A DNA stretch of 64,000 bases, from assembly GCA_964597545.1 (NCBI GenBank), contig CAZQXN010000005.1:12647-76646 (forward strand), read 5' to 3'. The notes beneath the pieces were generated by a model, which was given only the letters and a program-made list of their open reading frames with translations, had not been told where the DNA came from and made no database searches. Below are positions 1 to 9,142 of the stretch, piece after piece (the first letter of the stretch is position 1; each line of letters begins with the position of its first letter). A program made the position numbers and the translations under genes. This DNA comes from an uncultured Planctomycetia bacterium. GTDB lineage: Bacteria > Omnitrophota > Gorgyraeia > 1-14-0-20-64-10.

Positions 1-426
1 CTGAGAGCTTAAGCACACCTGGGGATAAAGCTCAAATTGCTCCAGCATCCAACCCAAGAGGCGGCTGTTTAAATCCGCCAACCGGGTTCCTGCCCTGAAA
101 AGGATCTCTCGAAAAGAGTCCATGGCAGTCTGAAAGCCCGGGGCCTTGCCATAAGCCTGCTCAAGCGTCTTACACATGCGCCTTGTCCACTCTGGAGTTG
201 ACTCCCGGGCGATGAGCACCTCGTTGATACGGGTCTCAAGTCCTGTGTGCTGAACTGGGACCGTGATCCAGGTTTCGCCGGTTTTAAGGCGCACGCGATT
301 CCTATTCTGAAAGTAATTCTTCCTGAACTGCACGTCATCTAAGAGGATGAGCTTATCGGCTATGCCCACCTTGTGGAAGAAGCCAAGCCACGGCGCAAAC
401 TCCGGTTGATGGATGGTGACACGCAT
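1..426 (-). CDS. WbqC-like family protein, N-terminal part (gene runs off the window start)
   Basis: Manual minus-strand translation from ATG at 426: MRVTIHQPEFAPWLGFFHKVGIADKLILLDDVQFRKNYFQNRNRVRLKTGETWITVPVQH... is open to position 1. It matches the WbqC family N-terminal signature (M-x-V-x-I-x-QP-x-F/Y-x-PW-x-GYF ... NRNRI-T). The track ORF 69..338 is a different frame. Confidence 0.7.
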   Translation of the reverse strand, partial: MRVTIHQPEFAPWLGFFHKVGIADKLILLDDVQFRKNYFQNRNRVRLKTGETWITVPVQHTGLETRINEVLIARESTPEWTRRMCKTLEQAYGKAPGFQTAMDSFREILFRAGTRLADLNSRLLGWMLEQFELYPQVCLSSQ

Positions 427-1092
427 CTATCTTTGCTCCCTCATAAGCATAAAGGCCTCTGCCGCGGCATGACCGCACTGCGCCCCACGCACCCTGGCCA
501 GCGCCTCCAACATCTCGGGACTTCTGGGATGCGGAAAGGGCCGGCTCTCCCGCTCATAAGCTTTCATGGCTGCGCACTTGGTCTTAAGCTCCTTGTCAAT
601 CTTCACGAAAAAATTGGGGGTAAAGGGTACTGCAGTACCCGGGAAAACCTGATGCGTTGCTGATGGGATTTCGTAAGCCAGAATGCGGCGCACAAAGGGA
701 ACCGCAGCTGGGCGCAGGGCGATGTTGGCGGCATGGGCAGTGATCCGGTGATCTTGATGCAGATCCCCTGCGTGCGGAATCAAGATCGATTCCGGCTGGA
801 TTTGGGCTGCCAACTTCTCAAGCAGATCCAAAAGCTCGGTAAAGCGCTCACCTAAGCGTTCATCCGGCAGGTCAAAGAAATGCAGCTGTTGGTACCCCAA
901 GCACTTCTGTGCGGCCCGGGCGCTTGCCTTTTCTGCCTCAATGGCGGCCGGGTCATAGGTGCGCTGATAGGCGCGATTGCACAGGACGGCGACGTGCACC
1001 TCCTCCCCCGCTGCCACATGCCGGGCAATGGCACCCCCGCAGCCCAATACCTCGTCATCCATGTGGGGCGCAACGACAAGAAGCTTAGCCAC
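427..1092 (-). CDS. LmbE/PIG-L family N-acetylglucosaminyl deacetylase
   Basis: 221 aa. HMDDEVLGCGG motif near the N-terminus and an HxxH block are typical of PIG-L/LmbE. GTG start at 1092. The stop overlaps the downstream WbqC-like start (ATGA-type). Confidence 0.8.
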   Translation of the reverse strand: MAKLLVVAPHMDDEVLGCGGAIARHVAAGEEVHVAVLCNRAYQRTYDPAAIEAEKASARAAQKCLGYQQLHFFDLPDERLGERFTELLDLLEKLAAQIQPESILIPHAGDLHQDHRITAHAANIALRPAAVPFVRRILAYEIPSATHQVFPGTAVPFTPNFFVKIDKELKTKCAAMKAYERESRPFPHPRSPEMLEALARVRGAQCGHAAAEAFMLMREQR

Positions 1093-1765
1093 TCAACTGC
1101 CCTCCTGAAGGTTGTAATGTGCGAAGTGTTCGGAATTCCTCCGGCGTGGCACTCAAGGCATGGTCCCGTATGACTTGCGACTCCTTGTTCAGGGTGAAAT
1201 GCTTCTCGATGTAACTTGCCCCGCGCGAGAGCGCGCAGAAACAAGCAGCCAGATCCCGGCAATGATCACTGTAGCCAAAAAAGCCAGACCGATCAAAGCG
1301 GTCCGGAAAATCAACAAGGTCGTAAGCTTCAGTGGGATATTTGGAGCGGCAGTAGATGTAGTACAGCTGCCCCTGAGGCGGGCCAAAGGGCCAGCCTGGT
1401 TTGTCCCACATGCCAAGGGAGACATAAGTTTCCTTCCCCTCAGCCAAGATGCGCTCACACAAGTCCGGCCGATCCACCACGGTGCGGGAAGCGATCTTGT
1501 ATCGGGATAGCTTCACCGCATGCGCCCAGGTGAGGGCCTCGTCACTGAAGATCGAAGCGAACAGCTCAATGCCGGCCTGGTCGCACCAGCGCTTAAGTGT
1601 CAGCACGCGCTCCTCATCCATGGCATTGATCTCACTTGGGCCCGAGCGCCAACCGAACTGAAACTTGGCCAGGTCAGCCCCGGCCTGCTTGGCCTGTTGG
1701 ATGAGCCGGCGGGCCAGCTCCCAATCTCCGTCGTGGTTTAAACCGATCTCAGCGACAAGCAGCAT
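1085..1765 (-). CDS. NeuB-family (N-acetylneuraminate synthase-like) TIM-barrel domain protein lacking the C-terminal SAF domain
   Basis: 226 aa. VAEIGLNHDGDWELARRLIQQAKQAGADLAKFQ, SDH and EKHFTL motifs of the NeuB/PseI/SpsE family are present. The ORF ends right after the barrel with no SAF/antifreeze-like domain. Confidence 0.65.
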   Translation of the reverse strand: MLLVAEIGLNHDGDWELARRLIQQAKQAGADLAKFQFGWRSGPSEINAMDEERVLTLKRWCDQAGIELFASIFSDEALTWAHAVKLSRYKIASRTVVDRPDLCERILAEGKETYVSLGMWDKPGWPFGPPQGQLYYIYCRSKYPTEAYDLVDFPDRFDRSGFFGYSDHCRDLAACFCALSRGASYIEKHFTLNKESQVIRDHALSATPEEFRTLRTLQPSGGQLSG

Positions 1766-2690
1766 CCAGGGGCTCCAGGCATTCTTTAAAGGACAACGTC
1801 ATCTCCACCATGCCGCGCCGCAGATGAAAATCCCCTGTGCTCTGCGTATTGAGGCCCGGAACGGCCGTCACCGCATGGCGGAATCCTGCGGATTTAAGCA
1901 GCTCAATGGTTTCATCGTCAAAATGGCGCGTTTCCCCCTCTGGGTAGGCAAACAACTCCACGGAAGTCCCAAGCTTTGACTCTAGGGCTGCCTTGGAGGC
2001 GCCAATCTGCCGCTCTTTTTCCCTGCGGGGCAGATGCGACAAGACCGGGTGATCCACGGTGTGTGCGCCGAATTGACAGAGGCCCGTTTCGCGCATCTGA
2101 TGGATCTGATTCCAGGTTAAGGTTTGATAATCCTCATAATCGTAGCGAGGCGAGACCTCGCAGCTGAGCTCCATCTCCTTGATGACGGATTCCGTCAGCC
2201 CTGGGGTGGTCTTCAAGAGCAGCTTGATGGTTTTTAAGGCCGCCTCTTTTTCCTCCAGACTGCGCAGAGAGAAAGTTCGATCCAGCGAAGGAAGGATCGC
2301 CTCCGGCAATTCGGTTTCGTTGATCAGGTACTCCAACTTGTCCACCCAAAAGATCCTGGGGGTGTCCACAAATCCGGAAGTCAGAAAGAATGTGGCTGGA
2401 ATTTTGTGCTCCACCAAAATGGGAAGGGCCACGGTGCAGTTGTTGGCAAAGCCGTCATCAAAGGTCACCGCGACCGCTCGAGGCGGAAGCACCCCGTTGG
2501 TTCGCACCTTGAGCAGCTCTGAGAGCCCCATTACGGTATATTCCTTTTCGAGCTGGGCCATTTGGCGCGCAAACACCTCTGCCGTCAAGTGCTTACGCGA
2601 GCAGTTGGCAATGCCGTGCTGCATGGGCTCACGCGTCACGCCATGATAGAGAAGAATGACAAAGGGGTTTTCAGTTGAGTGTTGCGACAT
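1749..2690 (-). CDS. polysaccharide deacetylase (NodB homology domain)
   Basis: 313 aa. TFDDGF...N and HTVDHP blocks characteristic of carbohydrate esterase family 4 / NodB. Confidence 0.75.
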   Translation of the reverse strand: MSQHSTENPFVILLYHGVTREPMQHGIANCSRKHLTAEVFARQMAQLEKEYTVMGLSELLKVRTNGVLPPRAVAVTFDDGFANNCTVALPILVEHKIPATFFLTSGFVDTPRIFWVDKLEYLINETELPEAILPSLDRTFSLRSLEEKEAALKTIKLLLKTTPGLTESVIKEMELSCEVSPRYDYEDYQTLTWNQIHQMRETGLCQFGAHTVDHPVLSHLPRREKERQIGASKAALESKLGTSVELFAYPEGETRHFDDETIELLKSAGFRHAVTAVPGLNTQSTGDFHLRRGMVEMTLSFKECLEPLDAACR

Positions 2691-3381
2691 GGTCTTGAAG
2701 CCTTTGATCGGCCAACGTGAGTTTGTCCTTTGGAATCATCGAATAGTACTGAGAGCGAGAAAGGTCCTGGGGCACTCCTGTCGACAGATGCCCCGTTTTA
2801 AGCTCCTCCAGCACCTCTTCCGCAAGTTCGGCCGCCAAGACCGTTGTATGAAAACGGATGTGGTGCGCGCGCATGTCGCGCGTAAGCCTCAATTTCTTCT
2901 GACGCAGGATCGGTCCGGTATCCAGACGTTGCGCCAGCCTGTGTAGGGTGGTGCCGATCTTCTCAAAATCACCCAGATAAAAAGCCCAGAGATTGGAATC
3001 CAGCCCCCTGTAGTTCGGAAGAATGCCGCGGTGAACGTTCATGCTTAAGCGGGGCAGCGAAAAGAGTTCCTCTGCCACTTTGCCGGTGCCAAAGGTCACT
3101 AAGAAATCCGGATTGAATGTCCGGATTTGCTTGAAGCAGCCCGCATCATTGACGCTGCGGACTTTGAACAGGTTGCTCTGCCCCGAAAAGTCTTTCGGCA
3201 GCGCCTCAAAAAAACGATCCTCATAACGATCGCGGAGTCGTTCGAAAGCCTCATCCTCCGCCTGGTGTGGGGGGTTCGGCGGATCCTGCTCCAAGACGAC
3301 CACCGTTGACGATCCTTGCGCCAGGCGGTTGGCGAAGTAGCGGTGATGCTTGGTGTCGGTGGTCAAGATCACTCCCTTCAT
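2671..3381 (-). CDS. formyltransferase-domain protein (Fmt/PurN-like), putative sugar N-formyltransferase
   Basis: 236 aa. NVHRGILPNYRGLDSNLWAF resembles the N(I/V)HPSLLPxYRG catalytic loop of the formyl_trans_N family. Confidence 0.55.
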   Translation of the reverse strand: MKGVILTTDTKHHRYFANRLAQGSSTVVVLEQDPPNPPHQAEDEAFERLRDRYEDRFFEALPKDFSGQSNLFKVRSVNDAGCFKQIRTFNPDFLVTFGTGKVAEELFSLPRLSMNVHRGILPNYRGLDSNLWAFYLGDFEKIGTTLHRLAQRLDTGPILRQKKLRLTRDMRAHHIRFHTTVLAAELAEEVLEELKTGHLSTGVPQDLSRSQYYSMIPKDKLTLADQRLQDHVATLN

Positions 3382-4790
3382 GGCGAACCCAATGGGGTTT
3401 TTACAGCAGGCAAGCGCTTAAGAAGGGCTTCTTCGGTTGGCTGCAAGTCCCCATGGCCTTTGATTCGCAAGCTTTCCTCCAGGGACATGACGATGTGGCC
3501 GGTCTTTTGGGTGGAGGCCATTTTTTGATCTTGAAGGACATCCCGCCAAAATACCTTGATGGCGCCGTTGTCTACATACAGCGCCTCACGCTCTAAGCGG
3601 ATCTTCTGGTGCATCCCGGGGTTTAAGGGCTCCAGTCCATGTGCGCGGTGGGCAAAATGGAGATCGTAATCTTCATAGACACTTAAAACTGTGTCTGCGT
3701 TGTAGAGCAGCAGGGTGTCCACGGCCTTTTGAATGTGTTCTGCCCGGCGCAGGGGGGTGTGGAGATTAAGTAAAATCAAGATGTCCGGGAAAAACTGATG
3801 CCCCTTTTCCAGAACCTCCACCGCGTGATGCAGGACTTGGGGGTACCATACCTGCGGGCCGGAAAGGTCCGCGGGGCGCAGCTCAGTTATGACCCCTTCC
3901 CTGCCTTGGCAATGCGCTACCACTTGGGGGTCATCGGCGCTGACCAAGATCTGCTCAAAAAGCTGAGCCTCTCGCGCGGCATCCAGCGTCCAATCGATTA
4001 ACGGTTTTCCGGCAAATTCCCTCAGAACGATGTTGGGCATCTCCGGGTAACTGTTCTTAGCCGGCACAACCGCTGTGATTCTGGGCTTCACCTTGCCCTG
4101 GCTTCGCTTGGCCAACTCTCGCTTGATTTGACTGCGCGCAGAAAGTATTCGGTTTTGATCGCGGGAAATCTCCTGAGAATGCTGCCGATAGTAAAACAGG
4201 GGTGTAGAGACATTGGCCACCGGATATCGGTGCATGACCTTAAGCCACAGCTCGTAACCATCCTGCACCTCTGTTGTTTCGCTGTAGCCGCCGATGCTTT
4301 TTAAGATCCGCCTTCGGACCATGGTGCAGGCGCCGTGGGCCGGCAGGTCCAGGAGCTTCGCCTCTTCCCCAATTCGCTTGCGCTGCTCGACTCCCAAGAC
4401 CTTGCCTGCTTCATCCACATACAGGTAGTTCGGATAAACCAGGGCCGCCTCGGGGTGGCGATCCAGATAGCTTGACAAGACCAGCAGTGCGTTTTCGTCC
4501 AAATAGTCATCGGCATCCAGGCGCATGAAGTATTCCCCCCGCGCCGCCTCCAGGGCGGTGTTGGCGCATGCCTGCAGGCCGCGCGATGCCGGATGCTTAA
4601 GAAGACGGATTTTCTGGGGGTACTTTGCAGCGAAGCGTGCCGCGATTGAAGCGGTCTCATCCTGCGACCCATCGTCCACCACCAGCAGTTCCCAGTCTGA
4701 AGCGGTTTGGGCCACTACGCTTGCAATGGCCTGCTCCAGGAACCTGCCGTACTGTTGGCAGGGGATGTAGATTGTGGCCTTAGGGCGCAT
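3378..4790 (-). CDS. bifunctional family-2 glycosyltransferase / acylneuraminate cytidylyltransferase-like protein
   Basis: N-terminal GT2 signature (ATIYIPCQQYGRFLEQAIASVVAQT...LLVVDDGSQDET...RLDADD). C-terminal CTP_transf_3-like block (ITAVVPAKNSYPEMPNIVLREFAGKPLIDWTLDAA...ILVSADD). Start re-placed at internal M (MRPKATIYIP, 4790), just after the upstream gene stop. Confidence 0.7.
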   Translation of the reverse strand: MRPKATIYIPCQQYGRFLEQAIASVVAQTASDWELLVVDDGSQDETASIAARFAAKYPQKIRLLKHPASRGLQACANTALEAARGEYFMRLDADDYLDENALLVLSSYLDRHPEAALVYPNYLYVDEAGKVLGVEQRKRIGEEAKLLDLPAHGACTMVRRRILKSIGGYSETTEVQDGYELWLKVMHRYPVANVSTPLFYYRQHSQEISRDQNRILSARSQIKRELAKRSQGKVKPRITAVVPAKNSYPEMPNIVLREFAGKPLIDWTLDAAREAQLFEQILVSADDPQVVAHCQGREGVITELRPADLSGPQVWYPQVLHHAVEVLEKGHQFFPDILILLNLHTPLRRAEHIQKAVDTLLLYNADTVLSVYEDYDLHFAHRAHGLEPLNPGMHQKIRLEREALYVDNGAIKVFWRDVLQDQKMASTQKTGHIVMSLEESLRIKGHGDLQPTEEALLKRLPAVKTPLGSP

Positions 4791-6165
4791 GAGATTCTCC
4801 TGGTTCTTGAAGGGCGCTGTAGAGCAGCTCTGCGTACCGCTTATAGCCGAGTTGATTAAAGTGGCCTGCGTCTCCATAGAGCCGCTCCTGACGTGCCAAG
4901 CGGCGCAGGTCCGGTGTCACATCGACATAAGCGAGATTGTGCGCGCGCGCAATCCCGGAAAGAACCTCCGAGAGAATGCGCTGGTGTTCGAAGCTTTCGG
5001 TCCATACTTGAGGATCATCGGTTCCGGTGATGCGCTCTGCCTGGTCTGCGTATACCGTGGCCGCCGAGGGAATGTAACTTAGGCAAACCTGAGCCGAGGT
5101 CTGACTGCGCAGATTCTCCAGAGTCTTCGCCACAATCGTCAGTCCCGCGGAAAGCTCATCGCCCGCCTGATCCTTTGCGAGCAGGTCCGGTGAGCAATGC
5201 TCCAGAGGGATGCGCACTTGGGAGGCGCCGATGGTCAGGTGGGCTTCGGGCATCGCCCCGGCTTGAGCCTGAAGGGTTCCCTGAAACAAAGAGGCAATCG
5301 CAGATCCTCTCACCCATCGATCGCTTCGGCGGTTAGGGCGTCCATAGTACTGCTCTAGGGGAGCTGCCCGATCCATGACGCCCTGCAGGCGCAGGGCATC
5401 GGAGAGGTCGTTGCCCTCATAGAAATTCACAATGACAAGATCCGGCCTCTTTTGGATGCCAAAACGCTCAAAGGCCAACAACCACTGTTGAGGTGCTCCG
5501 CCCAGGTCGCCTAAGCTGTATGCCGTTAAGCCGGCGAGTTTCGAAAAGTGCTCGGCGATCGTCACACGGCTCGTTCCGCGGGTGAAGGAATCCCCGAGAA
5601 AAAGAACATCCAGCGTGTTGTTTTTGCTGTAGAGTCCGGGGCGGTTCCTAAAGCCCGCCTCATCGACTACGACTGGAACCCAGCGATCTCCGGCATCCTC
5701 AGTGCGAAGGAGCCCCGAATGATTTGGGGTCAGCCTACGCAGATAGCCCTCTGTCACGTAGTTTCCGGTCAGCAGATCAAAGGGAAGCGCCGGCTGATTG
5801 GGTTTTCCAGATCGGGCTGCATTCAGCGCTGCAGCGCGGGCAATGATGCGGGGTGGCATCTCCTGAAGAAGCTGCTCAGGCACGAGGAAGGGGTTCTGCC
5901 AGAGTGCAAACTCCGCCAGAGCGATAGAGCCGGCACCCCCGACAAAGAGCGCCAAGGCGCGCTTGCTCCAAAGTTCGGATCGACTGATGAAGAGAAGGCC
6001 CCCCGCAAAAAGCGCCATCCCCGCAAGGAACGCAAAACGGGTTTTGGAATATATCCAGATGGCAGCATCCACGCTGGGTTCCAAGGCGAAGAGGGCGGTT
6101 GCGAGCAGCAGAATGATCCCCAGCCCCCGCGTTACTCCCTGCGCCACAAGGGTTGCTGATAACAT
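4780..6165 (-). CDS. membrane-anchored SGNH hydrolase, AlgX/AlgJ-like (putative glycan O-acyltransferase/esterase)
   Basis: N-terminal hydrophobic helices, then a GDS block (VLFLGDSFTRG), a GND block (NFYEGNDLSD) and a C-terminal DAGHFNQLGY resembling the DGHW(N) signature of AlgX/AlgJ. Start probably at the internal M at 6165. Confidence 0.55.
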   Translation of the reverse strand: MLSATLVAQGVTRGLGIILLLATALFALEPSVDAAIWIYSKTRFAFLAGMALFAGGLLFISRSELWSKRALALFVGGAGSIALAEFALWQNPFLVPEQLLQEMPPRIIARAAALNAARSGKPNQPALPFDLLTGNYVTEGYLRRLTPNHSGLLRTEDAGDRWVPVVVDEAGFRNRPGLYSKNNTLDVLFLGDSFTRGTSRVTIAEHFSKLAGLTAYSLGDLGGAPQQWLLAFERFGIQKRPDLVIVNFYEGNDLSDALRLQGVMDRAAPLEQYYGRPNRRSDRWVRGSAIASLFQGTLQAQAGAMPEAHLTIGASQVRIPLEHCSPDLLAKDQAGDELSAGLTIVAKTLENLRSQTSAQVCLSYIPSAATVYADQAERITGTDDPQVWTESFEHQRILSEVLSGIARAHNLAYVDVTPDLRRLARQERLYGDAGHFNQLGYKRYAELLYSALQEPGESHAP

Positions 6166-7937
6166 CAGGCCCACCGCCTCCAGTCTAATTCCACGCAAAC
6201 CTCTGCTGGGACAGAGCGCTGCATGATGTGCGCATTCTTTTGAAGGAGCTCCTCATGGTTTTGGAAGAAGCTCACCAGATCATCCATCCGATAGGTCAAC
6301 CCCTTGCCCTGCTTCTTCATGTCCACCAAAAAGGATCGGATCACTCCGTAGTCTTCCCGAGTATCCATGGTCAAGCGCCAGGAGCGGGCGTGACCGGGGT
6401 CGATCAGGGGGATGTGGCTGGAGCGAAATTGCTCCAGGTGAGCCGTAAGATAGCTTGTCAGGTATTCGCTTACTGAGAGGTCGCGCGCTGCTGCGTGGAT
6501 GTACCGCAGCAACCGGACGTCCAGCACTTCAAAATCCGCTCCCTTGGGCACTGCCTTTAAATCCGAATACTCGGCGCCGCTGGTCAGATGATGTTTGACG
6601 GCGTGATCCACGTACTCCGGATCAATCAGAATGTCGTCTCCTGTGATCCTCAAAATCGCATCTACAGGTTCCCGGCCCAGAGCACCGATCATCCGGCCCA
6701 AGACATCCTGGGTCGGGCCGCGATAACAGCGCACCCCAACTGCCTTCGCCGTTTGTGCCAACACAGCATCTTCGGCAGCCTCAGTTGTGCAGAGCACAAT
6801 CCGGTCTAGGCCTTTGGCCCGCTGAAGGCGCCGCAGCAGGTGCTCGATGGCCGGCATCCCGGCCACATCCAGCATGGCCTTGCCGGGCAGCCTCTCGGAA
6901 GCCATGCGAGCTGCGACCAGCGCCCAAACGGTCTCCTCAAGATCCAGGCGATTGACCGGATGCTCTTCGGGGATATCCCGCTTAAGCTTTTTACCCGCAA
7001 GGAGATTCAGCTCGAGAGGCTCGGCCGAGACGGCCTCTACACGCTTCATCACCAGATCTTCTGGGGTGAGGTTTTCTCCTGCCTGCATGGATCGGTTGGT
7101 CACCCAATGTTTTTTGACTGCCTTGCGGTAATTCTTCTCAGCCCCACTGAACGTTACAGGAGAAACGCCTATGGCCTGCTCAATGGAGCGAACCTGCCCG
7201 ACCCAGTGAGCAAACTCATCGGGATTAAGGGATGAGTAGTAGTCGATGCCCTTCTGGGAGCGGTTCAGTGTAATGTGTTTCTCGAGCACCGTTGCCCCCA
7301 TCCCGACGGCTGCCAGCGGAACGGAAAGCGCCAAGGGGTTTTCGGCATCCACATGGTCCTCACAGCCGATTTCACACCGATCCCCAAAAAGCTCAGCCAG
7401 ATAGCGGATGCGGTCAAGATTACAGTCCTCAACAGCTGTGGGATAACCCTGAAAACCGTGCAGCAGCACCGGGCGGTGTTTGCTCTGCGAACCGGTTAAT
7501 CGTTGAACCGCTTCGGCGATCTCGGGCAAGGTGCATCCGCCAAGCCCCAAGAAGATCTTCTGGGGAGTCTTTGCCAGAGTGTCCAAGAGATGGACATTTC
7601 CCAAATCAGAAGCATGCGCCTTTACCCCGTGCACAGAAAGCTCCTGTGCAAGGGTTTGGGACTGGAGGCCGAAAACGTCGCAATAGACCCTGCCGCGGCC
7701 GCCACGGATCAGCCGAGTCAAAAGCTCCCGCCACACCTCCTGAGTAAAGGCGCGCTGCTTGAAGTGTTCAAAGCGGGAGTGCGCTCGAACCAACATCTCC
7801 TCGGGCTGGTAGACCTGGAACTTCACGGCATCTGCGCCGGCCTCAAAGGCTGCATGTGCCAGTTCAAGCGCGAGGGCGGGATCCCCCTGGTGCGCGCCTG
7901 CAATCTCCGCAATGATTTCAACCGGGGGACGGCTCAC
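6165..7937 (-). CDS. fusion of NeuB-family nonulosonic acid synthase (TIM barrel + SAF) with an acylneuraminate cytidylyltransferase-like domain
   Basis: 590 aa. N-terminal IAEIAGAHQGDPALALELAHAAFEAGADAVKFQ and EKHITLN NeuB motifs, followed by a SAF-like segment. C-terminal LDVAGMPAIEHLLRRLQRAKGLDRIVLCTTEAAED...ITGDD resembles CTP_transf_3 / SpsF-like cytidylyltransferases. Confidence 0.75.
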   Translation of the reverse strand: MSRPPVEIIAEIAGAHQGDPALALELAHAAFEAGADAVKFQVYQPEEMLVRAHSRFEHFKQRAFTQEVWRELLTRLIRGGRGRVYCDVFGLQSQTLAQELSVHGVKAHASDLGNVHLLDTLAKTPQKIFLGLGGCTLPEIAEAVQRLTGSQSKHRPVLLHGFQGYPTAVEDCNLDRIRYLAELFGDRCEIGCEDHVDAENPLALSVPLAAVGMGATVLEKHITLNRSQKGIDYYSSLNPDEFAHWVGQVRSIEQAIGVSPVTFSGAEKNYRKAVKKHWVTNRSMQAGENLTPEDLVMKRVEAVSAEPLELNLLAGKKLKRDIPEEHPVNRLDLEETVWALVAARMASERLPGKAMLDVAGMPAIEHLLRRLQRAKGLDRIVLCTTEAAEDAVLAQTAKAVGVRCYRGPTQDVLGRMIGALGREPVDAILRITGDDILIDPEYVDHAVKHHLTSGAEYSDLKAVPKGADFEVLDVRLLRYIHAAARDLSVSEYLTSYLTAHLEQFRSSHIPLIDPGHARSWRLTMDTREDYGVIRSFLVDMKKQGKGLTYRMDDLVSFFQNHEELLQKNAHIMQRSVPAEVCVELDWRRWA

Positions 7938-9142
7938 AACGCTGCCTCTTCATGGGCCAGCAGGGTACGCAGCTTCTGTGCGATCAAGCGGCCTGCCAAG
8001 CGGTGGCCCTGGGCATTCCAGTGTCCCTCGCCCAGCCGCGGACCAAAGCCGTGCAGAAAAACACCTCTGGATTGGGCCTCGCGGTGCAGCAGCGGTGCCA
8101 ACGCCAACAGGGCAATGTCATGCTGATCGGAAAATTCCTGAAGGCGCCGCTCCGGATAAAACAAATCACTTACCCCCATCTGTTCTTGAAATTGACGGCG
8201 AAGGTTGGAATCCGGATGGACCTGAATACCGTTTGATAAGGTGACCAGTAAGAAACGAGCCCCGCGAGCATGGACTTCGTCACGCATTTCAAGCAGTAGG
8301 CGCTCGGTAACGGTCCAGGCTTTTTTCCAGGTCGCATCTGCTGGGGGACGATAGACCAAGCTGTCCAAACCCGGCTCCTCCCCTGCTGTGGGGGGGAGGT
8401 TGGCTTGGGCCAAACCGCCCCGGGCATTCTGGAGCGCGTTCTTTGCGCGGCTGACAAGCTGCAGGCAGCGCACATGCTCCAGGGCTTGGTAATACAGCTG
8501 AAACGGCCGGCTCTGCCGAGTGCGCCAGGCTACATTCTTTCGGAATGAGTCGTCCAGATGCAGGCGATTGCCTTCAAGCACAAAGAAGGGGATCTGCTGG
8601 TTCTCTTCCAATTCGCGCACGTTGTTGCTGATGTCGTTTCCGGTGCAGAAGGCAAGAAGAACCACATCCGGATCATAGGCCCAGACGCGCCGGCGCAGGG
8701 TGATCAGTTCCTGAGCGGTGCCATAGCCGGAAACGCCGAAATTCATGATCTCCACAGGGCGGTCTTGGAAACCAGGGGATGCCGCCAACCCCTCTTTTGC
8801 GACCCACCAAAAGGTGCGCTCCAAGGGCATCTCCAGGGCAGCGGTATAGGAGTCGCCCAAGACGGCAATGCGTAAAGCCGATGGCGCTTTGCTCAAGTTG
8901 TGCTCCTGGTCTCTAAGCCCCTGAGAGTTGATTTGAATGAAGACTGGCTCCTCAATCTGCTCGCCCTTAAGCCACCCTTGAGCGTTGGGCCGATAAGCAT
9001 AACCCCGCTGTTCGTCAAAAACTCGAAAGGTTGGGTATCCAAAGTCAATCCCCGCCAGCCGCAATCCCGCCTCCAGGAGCAGGAACGCTGCAGTCAAGCC
9101 TCCAAACCCTAAGAAAACCCTAAGTACGCCTGAACGCTTCAT
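7934..9142 (-). CDS. SGNH hydrolase, AlgJ/AlgX-like, N-terminal signal anchor
   Basis: 402 aa. IAVLGDSYT (block I), FGVSGYG, TGNDISNN (block III) and C-terminal GEGHWNAQGH (DGHWN-like). Overlaps the upstream gene by 4 nt. Confidence 0.55.
   Translation of the reverse strand: MKRSGVLRVFLGFGGLTAAFLLLEAGLRLAGIDFGYPTFRVFDEQRGYAYRPNAQGWLKGEQIEEPVFIQINSQGLRDQEHNLSKAPSALRIAVLGDSYTAALEMPLERTFWWVAKEGLAASPGFQDRPVEIMNFGVSGYGTAQELITLRRRVWAYDPDVVLLAFCTGNDISNNVRELEENQQIPFFVLEGNRLHLDDSFRKNVAWRTRQSRPFQLYYQALEHVRCLQLVSRAKNALQNARGGLAQANLPPTAGEEPGLDSLVYRPPADATWKKAWTVTERLLLEMRDEVHARGARFLLVTLSNGIQVHPDSNLRRQFQEQMGVSDLFYPERRLQEFSDQHDIALLALAPLLHREAQSRGVFLHGFGPRLGEGHWNAQGHRLAGRLIAQKLRTLLAHEEAAL

Noticed and set aside
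69-338. Track ORF (89 aa, minus strand) inside the first 426 nt
   Set aside because: It is out of frame relative to the ORF that translates into a clear WbqC-like N-terminus starting at ATG 426 and open to position 1. Treated as an alternate-frame artefact.
4301-4672. 123 aa minus-strand ORF within the GT2-cytidylyltransferase gene
   Set aside because: Alternate reading frame of a gene with clear GT2 motifs. Trp/Arg-rich, no homology features.
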